This document shows, in pieces, positions 1-11,678 of a stretch of DNA of 64,000 bases. Numbering within the stretch: the stretch's first letter is position 1; each line of letters starts with the position of its first letter. The stretch is from Salpingoeca rosetta (Eukaryota; Protista; Choanoflagellata). A program made the position numbers and the translations under genes. Under the pieces are notes generated by a model. It saw only the letters and a program-made list of their open reading frames with translations. It made no database searches and was not told the origin of the DNA. The stretch covers positions 895,200 to 959,199 of the forward strand of contig JAWQFM010000006.1 of assembly GCA_033442325.1 (NCBI GenBank), in the 5' to 3' direction.

Positions 1-608
1 GGAACACAAGAGGAACAAAACAGTCAGCGAATGCACGTGCATGTCATGGCACTCCGTGCAGGGCCATCGCACACGGGTTCAAGCTCGTGCACATGTCAGG
101 AAAGCGTACAGATCATGTGGTTGGCAACCACGAATTCGCCGGCGCTTGTCGCAGCGAGAAAGCACACCAGTGTGCCATAAACTGCAAACACCACAGGCGG
201 TGCCTGGCAACCGGTCGTGTGGGTGTCAGTGTCAGTGTGTATGTCAGCGAGGAGGGACAAGACTAAAACACAGGCAAAGTACAAGTACGAAGCAAGTCAC
301 CCTGGGGCCACACGGTATGCACAAGGACACGCACAAGAGAACAACAACAACACGCAGCATGCAAGACACACAAACACAAACACACACACATACACACACA
401 CACCTGCAGGTTGATGATCGGTCTCAACACGCTGTCAGCATCACATATTCTCGTCTTGCCTGGTTTCTGTTTGTTTGTGTCAGACATGTGGGCAACCAAC
501 AGGTGACGCATGAAAATACAAGCACACACACACGCGCGCGCACTCACAATCCATGCACACACAATCCACACACACACACACACACACACGCACACAATCC
601 ACACACAC

Positions 609-706
<98 letters not shown>

Positions 707-1212
707 ACACAATCCACACACTTCCGCGGCTGTTTGCACGCTTGCGTGAACCAACGCCAGTACACCGATGATCATGGCTTACCCAGCAGTACTTGAACCA
801 CATGGAATGCAAAATGTCCCTGTTCTCGCCCAGTGCTATCCGACTCTTCAGCACAGAGATGTGGGCTTCCGCGGCCTTGCTTGGGCAAGCATCCACATGC
901 ACAATATGAGTGTGGCAGTGAGATGGCAGCAACCAAACAGCTACAGTGTGAACAGGTGCCGCGAGTTCACAAAGATACACGCAAACGCATGAACATGCAC
1001 AAAGTAACGAGCTGCTCAATATGCACTTACCAAGAGGTCTGCTTGAAGCTGCAGAGATGTCGTTGCCAGCGCCTTGCCATGCCTTTCCAGCTGCTGCAAA
1101 TCTCGAATCGTCTGCTCGATCGGCCTCCCTGCAGCTCTGTTGGTCGGTTCAGCATCAAAGATACACAAAACCGCACGCTGTAAGACCCCACAGCAGACTC
1201 GCCGGCACACAT

Positions 1213-1277
<65 letters not shown>

Positions 1278-1874
1278 TATACTCATGTACGCACGTGCAC
1301 ACACTCTCACACACATTCACTTCGGCTGTCATTGTGCAGCAGTCACTCACCTTGCTCGTGCGCCTGGAAGTGGAACGCTTAGGTTCCGCGTGAGCTCGAA
1401 GAACCGCTTGCTCTGCACACAGTAACCGGAGTTGTTGGTGCAAGTACGACATGTGTATGGACGTGTGAGGTCGAGGGGCGTGCACAAGCTATCAACGTAA
1501 TGCAACCGAGTCTCAAACATGCAATCAGAAATACAAACACACGCACACACACACACACGCACACACACACACACGCGCGCACACACACGTGCACACACAC
1601 CGCGCACACGGCTACATGCACGCACACACTACACACGCATGCACACGATACACGCATACAACTACCCGTACGCACACAAAACACTGACCCGCCATGTGAG
1701 GTCGCTGTTGAAGTAATCACGGGCGTGAAACGTATCCACATCTGTTGGCCTGGACACATGGTTCACTGCTGCCTTCTCCAACAACACCCACACCAGCGCT
1801 AATAACAAGCACGCTGCAAGCCCCTTGCCACTGTTCAAGAAGCGATGCTGCCACCGCTCCGCCACCGTCGTCAT
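1..1874 (-). CDS. Hypothetical multi-exon protein with N-terminal membrane anchor (probably continues beyond the window start)
   Basis: ATG at 1874 opens MTTVAERWQHRFLNSGKGLAACLLLALVWVLL..DYFNSDLTWR, then donor gtcagt. The next exon is phase-compatible (~1351-1412, SKRFFELTRNLSVPLPGARA). Further GT-AG bounded non-repetitive blocks lie at ~1031-1177, ~783-880, ~403-459 and ~110-203. No recognisable family, and downstream frames are uncertain. Confidence 0.4.
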
Positions 1875-2007
1875 CGTCACCAACAACACCAACACACCCA
1901 CAACAAACAGACGAAGCACTGTCTGTTGTCCTCCCACGACAACAGCAGCCAACAAGTTTGGGCGATTAGTGCATATCTTTGGGAAACTTTCGTGCCTGCA
2001 ACCAACG

Positions 2008-5000
2008 ATGATGACATCCTTCTCCAACTGCACCTTCTTGTTGTTCGCTGTTGTTGTGGTTGCGGTAGCTGCGTGTGTCAGCACTTGTGCAGCTGCCACC
2101 ACTGCCACGGCAGGCACAGCTGTGAGCCACCACTGGGTGTTCCAGACCAACGCCTCCATTGTTTGTACGTGTCTGGTGTCGCGGTGGGAGACAGGGCTGT
2201 GATGTGCGTTGAATATTCGTCGTCTTGTGTGCATTGTCATTGCGCCTGCCTTGACCTCACTTTTTCCAACCTAACATCATTCACGATATCGCTGCAGATT
2301 CACACATGTCCATGATCGAGGCCCTGCCAGACGGAACGCTGGTGGCTGCGTTTCAGGGCTCCTCGCTCTCGGAAGGCTGCAATGACCAGGCCATCTTCTT
2401 CACGGTACGAGTGGTGGTCGTGTGATGCCCGGGCCAGGGACTGCACACCACAGGTGTTATGTGAAATGCAAACACCGCACAGCGCGTGCCACGTTGGCAT
2501 CCCCATGGCTTGGGTTGATCTTGAGTTTGTGCCTAATCGCGTGGCTACTGTTAGCGTGGGCATGACGTGATATTTGTTGCTTTGCTTGACTGCAGTCCTC
2601 AAAGGATGGCGGCGTGACGTGGGCACCCGCCGTGGTGGCCCAGAATGATACGCTGGCGTTGTGGGGGTACGTTCATGGACTCACGTACAAACACAAACAC
2701 ACGCCAAACCGGCTCCATACCACCATGCAAGCATGTCTCTGCATCTGGGTGCTCATGCGCGTCAACGGCAGTCCTCTTTCTCAGTTCTTGCATGGTTGGA
2801 CATCTCACACACGCACGACACACACGCACACACGCACGACACACGCACGACACACGCGCATGACATACAAACACTCATGTTACAGCACTCACTAAATCGC
2901 TCAATCCCTCACTCTTGTTCGTGATGCACACGTCGCGGTTGTTCTTTTCGACGTAGACCCGTGTTGCGCTTTGACAAGGCAACCAACAAGCTGTGGCTGT
3001 TCTTCTCTGCATCCACCAAGTACCAGAACCGCGACAAGCCAGGCTGCGGTTCCTTCAAGCGCTCCTATCCCGGCGGAGAAGTGCGTATGTGTGTGTACGT
3101 GCGTGCATGTGCGTGTCTGTATATATGCGTGTGTGTGTCTGTACATGTGCGTGTGTATGCGTGTGCGTGTGCGTGTGCGTGTGCGTGTGTGCGTGTGCGT
3201 GTGCGTGTGTGCGTGTGAAGCATCGTGTAATTGTCCATACTAGTATCGCGTGCACGTATGCTTGACCCGCTTCCTGTCCCTCGCACGAGTGACAGGCACC
3301 AACATGCATTCATGCTGAGTGTGCACTGGCGTTCACTGCGCATACATTGGTGGTTTGCACTGCGGACAACAGGTCCGATACGTGACGTCGACCGACGGCG
3401 GCGCAACCTGGACCAACCCCGTCGTTATTCTCCCGTGAGTGTATGAGAAAATGGAGCTTGCACTGCGCCAGCTGCTGCTGCTGCTGCTGCTGCTTTGTTT
3501 CATTGTGACGCCATGCGAATGGGTGGGTATTCACTGAGTTAGAGATGCTTTGTAGTTCACATGCGTCTGTGTCTCCTTTACTATTGCAAACTTCCTTTTT
3601 GTTGTGGCGATACTCACAGGTTTGAGGCTCGCGGGCAAGTGAGCAAGGTGACCGCGAACCACATGATCATTACCGCAACTGGCCGCTGGATGCTTCCGTT
3701 TTGGCAGGTGCGAGCGTGCAGGAACAGCAGGGGACAACGATTTTGATTGCCTGCTCCCATCGATCACGCATCCTGCAAACAGCACCTGTCTGCCTACATG
3801 TGCATGAACAATGGATCATATGTGCTGTGCACGCTGCTGTGTATGCTATGTGCTGTACTGTACTGTGTGTGTGACTGTGTGTGTGACTGTGTGTGTGACT
3901 GTGTGTGTGTGACCGTGTGTGACTGTGTGTGTGACTGTGTGTGTGTGACTGTGTGTGTGTGACCGTGTGTGACTGTGTGTGTGCATGGTTTTGCATATGC
4001 ACGCGAAATTGTATTCCGCAGGAGCCCCGGACTGTGTATGACAAGGGTCTGAGTGCATCAGGTGTGCTCGTTTCGGATGACAACGGCACAACATGGACCA
4101 CACGCGGCAGCATTCACAACAACAGCACGTGGTGCGATACATCAGTGAATGTCAACCAGAGAGTGTGTGTTGAGGGGGGGGGGGAAGGAGGAGAGTGTAC
4201 ACAACAAAGAAGCGAATGTGCGTGTGTGATTGTGTGTGGTCGCGTGTGATCGCTGACAGGTTGCAATGCGCTGTGACCGTTGCAGGCTGATTGAGAACAC
4301 CCTGCACCAATTTCAGGACAGCTCTTTGATCCAGGTCAGCACTGCACTGCTCTTGCGCGCGCGTGTGCGTTCGTGTGCGTGTGTGTGTGTGTGTATTCGT
4401 GTGTGTGCATGCATGTGTGTGTGTGGTGTTGGGAATAGTGCCTTCTGCTTCTGCTACCTCCGCAGCCTGTCTCAGCCATATGGCATCACCTGCCCTGACC
4501 ATCACGTACATCAGCTGTTCCGAACACAAGCCGGGTATATCTATGAGAGCTGGAGCACCGATAATGGCAACACGTGGACCACCGCTATGCCCTCGTCGCT
4601 GCTCAACCCAAACTCAAAGGTGTACGACAGCATCTTGCACTGTGATGTTTTGTGGTGTGTATGAATGAGTGTGTGTGTGTGTGAGTGTGAGTGAGGGAGT
4701 GAGTGAGTGAGTGTGCGCTCTGTGAGCGTGTGTGTGATGTGTGGTCATGGACATCTGTCGTTTTGTGGGGATAGCTACACGAAGGCACGAGTGGGTGTGT
4801 GAATTCATGTGAAACATTGTCTGTGAAGGACAGCCGCTTGATTCATTCGACCGTGCACGCCCCACCCCACCCCTCCTTTCCCTCACCGTGACCACCACCC
4901 TCACTATCAACGATCCGATTCGCCCATACGTGCAGGTGTGCTTAACGCGTGGCTCTGTCAACGGCAGCGCCATCCTCGCTTACAACCCGTCCAAGACGGC

Positions 5001-5394
5001 GCGCACACCGCTCGTCCTTGCTCAGTCCTCGCTCACGGGCCACACGTGGACCACCACCGCCAGCCTCGACAACGATCCAAACATGTCCTTCGAATGTGCG
5101 TGCGTGAACGTGCGAATGTGTGTGAATGTGTGTGAATGTGTGTGAATGTGTGTGCATGTGTGTGAATGTGTGTGCGTGCGTGATCGTGGTGGGCTACCTC
5201 ATTCGGTTTCTTCTGTCCGCTGCACCTTTCGAACCTATCCCCCACCATCACCACTATGTGTGCATCGTGTTTTAACACCTGCAACCGTCTTGCTAGATCC
5301 GACACCGCTGCTGCACGCTGGGCGCGTCTTCACCACGTACTCCGCCAACTCGTCAAAGGGCATCAAGCTCGCCATCTCTCCAATCTCCTCTTAG
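2008..5394 (+). CDS. Secreted BNR/Asp-box repeat (sialidase-fold beta-propeller, BNR_2-like) protein, ~11 exons
   Basis: Signal peptide [29 protein letters not shown]. Spliced exons give [23 protein letters not shown], the Asp boxes [36 protein letters not shown] and degenerate QSSLTGHTW, plus NPNSK, RTPL and FEYP. Stop TAG at 5392-5394. Confidence 0.88.
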
Positions 5395-5433
5395 AGACGC
5401 AAACCACAACAACAACACTGCCACTGTCACCAA

Positions 5434-5496
5434 AAGAAGAAGAAGAAGAAGAAGAAGAAGAAGAAGAAGAAGAAGAAGAAGAAGAAGAAGAAGAAG

Positions 5497-5551
<55 letters not shown>

Positions 5552-5553
5552 CC

Positions 5554-5608
<55 letters not shown>

Positions 5609-5646
5609 CCAACAACAACAACAACAACAACAACAACACCAACAAC
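5434..5646. repeat. Compound (GAA)n-(CAA)n trinucleotide microsatellite, intergenic
   Basis: Directly visible, between the BNR gene stop (5394) and the DBP3 start (5846); followed by (CA)n at ~5723-5828. Confidence 0.95.
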
Positions 5647-5719
5647 TTGGCTGAAATGATTAAACTGTGCAATTATTTCATTCTGCCCACGTGCACTTTA
5701 TCGTCCTCCCAAACAGCGA

Positions 5720-5812
<93 letters not shown>

Positions 5813-5845
5813 ACACACACACACACACCACACGAACCCATCGCC

Positions 5846-7562
5846 ATGGGGAAGCGAAGCAAGGAAGAGGCTGACGCTGTTGCGCCTGCTGAGGATGGCA
5901 AGAAGAGCGTGAGCGGTGAAGGTACAAGCAGCAAGAAGGAAAAGAAGAGCAAGAAGAAGAAGGAGAAGAAGGAGAAGAAGGAGAAGAAGGCTGCCGCAGT
6001 GTCGGAGAAGGAGACCCCCGGCACTCCCGCGACAACAAGCACAAAGCCCAAGAAGGACAAGAAGAACAAGAAGGATAAGAAGAAGGACAAGAAGGATAAG
6101 AAGGATAAGAAGGACAAGAAGGACAAGAAGCAGGCCGAGGTCAGCGATGGTGCAGACACAACAACAGAGAAGAAGGAGAAGAAGGAGAAGAAGAGCAAGA
6201 AGAGCAAGAAGCAGAAGAAGGGTGTGAATGAGGATGACAGTGAACAGCCGACCAAGCGGGCCAAGCCGGCATCCAGTAACGGCAGCAATAATGGCGCCGC
6301 CGCCAAGCACACGTCCAAGACCAAGTCTGGCCCGAGTAGTGGCGTGCAGTTCGACTTCTACACAGAGCACAAGGAGGTCAGCGCGTTGCCGTCTGCCCAG
6401 GTCAGCGAGGCGCGCAAGAAGGACCGCGTGGAGGTGAAGGGCTTCCACAGCGAGTCTGTGGAGGAGTTCAAGCCCATCCCCAAGTTCCACCAGAGCAGCA
6501 TGCCGGACGACGTGATGAAGGTCTGCGCCACCTTTGAGAAGCCGTCGCCCATCCAGAAACACACGTGGTCCATTGTTCTTCGGGGCCGTGACGTGGTTGG
6601 CATCGCAGCCACGGGCTCCGGAAAGACACTCGCTTTTGGTCTTCCTGGTCTCGTGCACGTCGCAGCGCGCGGCACCCCTGGTCGCGGCCGCCCCTTCATG
6701 CTGGTCATCTCGCCCACGCGCGAGCTTGCCATGCAGACGGGCAAGGTGCTGAGCGACGCGGGCAAGGGCATGAACACCCCGCTCAATGTGCAGTGCATCT
6801 TTGGCGGGGCGCAGCGCCGCGAGCAAATGGATGCCATGCGCAAGCCCGTGCACGTCATCGTGGCAACACCAGGCCGCCTGCTTGACCTGTGCGAGGCCGG
6901 GTCCATCGACCTGAGCGCCGTCACCTTCAACGTCCTGGACGAGGCAGACCGCATGCTTGACATGGGGTTTGAGCGCGACATCAAGCGCATCATGGCGCAG
7001 ATGCCCACGCCGCGGCAGACGGTGATGTTCTCTGCCACGTGGCCGCAGGAGGTGCGGCGCATCGCAAAGGACTACCTCAATCGCCCTGTCAAGGTACCGC
7101 ACACGTGATGTGATGGAGTGGTGGGCGTGTGCGTGCATGCGGGTGCGTTGTGTGTATGTGCGCGCATGTATGTATGTGTGTTCATGTGGGTGGGGGACGG
7201 GGGGAGGGGGGTTTGAAGTCATGTGTGTGTGCGTGCATGTGTATGCGTACATGTGTGTGCGCATGTGTGTGCATGCACGTGTGTGCATGTGTAGATGGGT
7301 TGTGCTTGCGCACATACACGTACCAGAGCTCGCATGAAGTTCTTCTCGTGCATTGTCGCTCCACAAGACCTCAATGCCACCCCTTGCTTCCCGTTTTGAT
7401 TGTGCTCGCAGGTAACGGTTGGGTCTGATGACCTTGCAGCCAGCAAGAACGTGACGCAGATTGTGGAGGTGATTGACCCGAAGCAGAAGAACGGCCGCCT
7501 TCTTGATCTCCTCAGGAAATACCACAAGAGCCGCAAGAACAAGGTACAAAGCGTGTGTGTGT

Positions 7563-7619
<57 letters not shown>

Positions 7620-7942
7620 CGTGCGTGCGTACGTATATATGTGTACGTATGTGTGTGTGCCCGTGGTTGTCGCGTAACATCTGCAAATGTGCACCAGGTT
7701 GTGTTGTTGGTGTTGGTACAGCGCCAATCCGATTCGATCCCATTCACACGCATGCTCGCACAACAATGTGCACCCCCCTCCCTTCACTCTACGCACCAAC
7801 CAGGTGCTTGTGTTTGCGCTGTACAAGAAGGAGGCGGCGCGCCTGGAGCAGTTCCTGCAGTACAAGGGATACAACACAAAGGCCATTCACGGCGACCTCT
7901 CACAGGTCAGCTAGCCCCCCCCCCTGCCCATATTCGCGTGGG

Positions 7943-7986
<44 letters not shown>

Positions 7987-8609
7987 TTGGTTTGCGTTGA
8001 CGTGTGCAGCGGCTCTTGCAACAGTGATTGGAATGCCTGCTGCAACCATTCGTCTGTCACGATCAAGTGTGTGGTGCCGCTGCTTGCACTGCCCATCAAC
8101 ATCTCTCCCCACTCACCACCATTTTTCTCCACTTGTCCCTCCCCACCCACCTCATACCACCACACCCCTCCCTCGGACCACCACTCATCCCACGACCGCA
8201 GGGCGACCGCAACCGCGTGCTGCAGGAGTTCAAGAGCGGCGAGGTGCCGCTGATGATTGCCACCGACGTGGCTGCGCGTGGCCTGGACGTGCCGGATGTC
8301 GAGTATGTCATCAACTACACTTTCCCGCTCACTATTGAGGAGTATGTGCACCGCATTGGACGAACCGGTCGTGCGGGCGCCAAGGGCACGGCGCACACGC
8401 TCTTCACACAGCACGACAAGCACCACGCGGGCGGGCTGGGCAACGTCCTGCGGGCTGCTGGGGTGACGGTCCCCGAGGCGCTGATGAAGTTTGGGCAGCA
8501 CACGAAGCGGAAGGTACATCCAATTTACGGCGCACACTACCGCACGACAGACGATCTTGTTGATGCACAGCCAACCCGCATCACCTTTGATGATAGTGAC
8601 GACGAGTAG
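5846..8609 (+). CDS. DBP3: DEAD-box ATP-dependent RNA helicase DBP3 (ribosome biogenesis); exons 5846-7093, 7412-7543, 7804-7905, 8202-8609
   Basis: Lys-rich N-terminus. Motifs: Q motif (FEKPSPIQ), [45 protein letters not shown]. The C-terminus [28 protein letters not shown] is typical of Dbp3/plant RH5. All introns are GT-AG and phase 0. Confidence 0.93.
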
Positions 8610-9241
8610 TGCCTTGCGTGCATGTGTGTGTTTGTTGCAGCATTTATGAGAGCATGTACAGCGAGTGTATGCACGCGCGTGTATGCACGTTGTTTACGTG
8701 TGTATGTGAACGTGCGTGGTGTTTTCGCGTGCGTGCGCCCAAGTATGCATGCGTTTTATGCATCTCATGTGCATGCCGTCGCCCCAGCACGAGCTGTGGG
8801 CCGTGGTTTTGTCCTCTAATCAGCGTGTGGCGCACACACCAGTGCCGCGTGTGGCATGCGTTGTAGCCGTTGCTTCGCTCATTTGTTTCATTCAAGTCTC
8901 ATATTACAAGCATGATCACACTCCATCGCACCCCAACACAAGAAACCGAGAGAGAGAGAGAGAGAAGAGGGCAAAGGCAAACTACATTTGTCACAAGGAC
9001 ACGAACAGTGCAAGGCGTAAAAAGAGCAGAGGCAAAGGGAGTGAAGTCACCAGCGTAACTACGTGACACTACATCACAATCACATTGGGAGAAGGCAACA
9101 AACAAGCAAGCAACATGCCCATACCACACAGACACACAGGCACACAGACACACAGACACAGACACACACGCACACGCACACACACACACGCACACAGGCA
9201 CACACAGACACACACGCAGACACATCCCTAGCCCTTATCAT

Positions 9242-11154
9242 TCAAACCAGCGGGGCACAAGTGGTGCCATTGTCTTGGAGCTGGTATCCTGGCTGGCACG
9301 TGTGACACACGTCCAACTTGCGGAGGTAGCAGCCCTTGCAGTTGGACACACGGCACTGCGCGCACGTGTGTGTGCTCGTATCCAGCGTGTAACCAGGGTT
9401 GCACCCACGGCACACGGCAGCGCCACCGAAGCACCGCCACTTACGGCACTCCGGCACAGTTGGGCGTGGATCGACGATGGTGGGGCGACGTGTTGGCGAA
9501 AACGTCGCAAAGTCGTTGTGGCGCATGGTGGCGTTGGCTGCCTCCTCAAGCAGCAGCAGCTGCGTGTACCGCTGCGCGTCGCACACGGTGTTGATGGTGT
9601 CGATGAGGTGTGGGCGGTACAGCGCGTCGACGTCATACAGTGCGCCGTCCTGGTTCAGCAGGTGCGTTCGTGTGCGCACAATGGCGTCCTTGCGGTACTG
9701 CACATACACAAACGGCTTTTCGCCCGCAAGCAGCCTGGGACTGTCCACGGCACCATCCTCGCTGCCAGGAGGGAGTGACACCAACTTCCGCCACACTGAA
9801 CGGCCATCAAGCTTGCTGAAGAACGGATCACTCGACACGCTCCCCTCGTCGCCACCATCATCACCACCATCACCGTACGTGCCATCGTCGCCATCGCCCG
9901 TGTTGAAGACGATGGACGCATCGGACAGCAGGTCCTCTCTTCCCGCTGCCGCCGCCAGCGTTGTCATGATGTCCGTGAGGTCGCCAATGGCGTTGATGGT
10001 GATGCCGGGAGCAATCACAGATGGCCACTTGACAATGCACGGCACTCGCGTGCCGTTGTCAAAGACAGAAAACTTGGCGCCATCCACATGCTCGACCGTT
10101 GTCGCATCGTCATCGCCATCATCACCATCTCCAAGGTTGTTGTCCAGTGGAACGTCGACGTCTGAGCCAAAGCCGTCTGGGGTGCCGTTGTCGCCGACAA
10201 ACAGCAGCAGCGTGTCGTTGCTCACACCAACGTCCTGCAAGAACGTGTCCAGTTCGCCAACAATGCGGTCCATCTCCTCCATCATCGCCGTGAAGCGGAC
10301 TGCGCGTCCACCGCCGTTGCCGTCGTACTCGGGCGGCGTTCCTGTCCGGAAGGAGCCGTGCCCAAGCAGCATGGGGTAGTACAGGAAGAAGGGCGTGTCC
10401 TCCTGGACATGATGCAACACGAGATCTTTCACCATCTTCACGCCCAGGCGAGGGCCGTAGTGTGGCCCTTCTGGCTCCACGGTGGTCCATTCGTTGCGTC
10501 GCCCCGTTCCCCATGGCCACGGCTGTGATTGCGAGAGAGTGTGTGTGTTGTGTTGTGTTGTGTTGTGTTGTGTTGTGTTGTGTGTTGTGTGTTGTGTTGT
10601 ATTGTGTTGTGTTGTGTGTGTGTCGCGGCAGTGGAAGTGAGGGCTGACAAGGTAACATAGATAATGGACGATGCAAAGTGGGGTGGTGTGGTGAGATGAA
10701 CGACGTACACGAGGAAACCAGTCGTGTCAAATCAGTGCGTGGCGTGGCCTTCAACCAGAAGTCAAATCCCCACGTGATGGATGGGAAGTGAAAAGAATGA
10801 CACAGGGTTCACCATCAATCATCACCTGGCCTGAGAACACGTCGTTGGAGGTCACATCCAGGTTGGTGTGTGCAACAAAGTCCTTGTACCTGTCGCGGTC
10901 AAGCTCACGCGCCCACACAATGTACTCGTCAATACCGCACCCGTCCGCTTGCAGCGGCAGATCACCTGGCGTGCGTGTATGTGTGTGTATGGTCATGCGT
11001 ACGTGTGTGCGTGTACGTGCGTGCGTGTGAGAAAAAGATGTCAGGGGTGAGATGGAGGGCATCACAGCACAGCAATTGCAAGGAAAGCGAAAAGTAATGG
11101 GGTGATGACTTTGCACATACGGTAAACACATCCGACACACACGCACACACATCT

Positions 11155-11193
<39 letters not shown>

Positions 11194-11389
11194 CTAACCG
11201 AGGTGCCATTTGAGGATCTGGGCGGTGGAGTAACCGGCAGCCTTCATGAGTCGCATGAGACTGCAGTGCTGTCGTTGAAGATCGTCGAGGGGAAGGCCAC
11301 CAAGATTGGCAACGAGGCCGTGGCGCACCGGGATTCGCCCGCTCAGCAGCGTCGACCTGGCCAGCAGGTGGGATGAAACGCATGCACAC

Positions 11390-11436
<47 letters not shown>

Positions 11437-11586
11437 GGCGTAGGTTGAGCGACAGTGTTGTGGGGATCGTCGAAGCATAACAGTGCAGAGAGAGTGAGGA
11501 GGTACGCATGCGTGGTGTGCCAAAAAATGTGGGCGCACGTGCACAGACACCATACAAAACACAGACACGCACACACGCACACAGAC

Positions 11587-11678
<92 letters not shown>

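Noticed and set aside
41-796. Numerous ORFs rich in HTHTHT / CVCVCV / YVCM here and throughout the window
   Set aside because: Translations of intronic (CA)n/(GT)n/(TATG)n microsatellites, which lack stop codons; not proteins.
1662-2240. 192-aa minus ORF overlapping the BNR gene's first exon
   Set aside because: The part above 1874 is antisense to the signal-peptide exon; only the portion from the ATG at 1874 is retained as a plausible exon.
3866-3985. Regular gtgtgtgact-type repeats superficially like a CRISPR or minisatellite array
   Set aside because: Degenerate (GT)n intronic microsatellite; no unique spacers or cas genes, and the context is eukaryotic.
5256-5672. Poly-E/poly-Q ORF (+) and poly-L/poly-F ORF (-)
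   Set aside because: Produced by the (GAA)n(CAA)n repeat downstream of the BNR gene stop; no supporting splice sites or unique sequence.
5678-7753. 691-aa minus-strand ORF
   Set aside because: Antisense shadow of GC3-rich DBP3 coding sequence extended by repeats.
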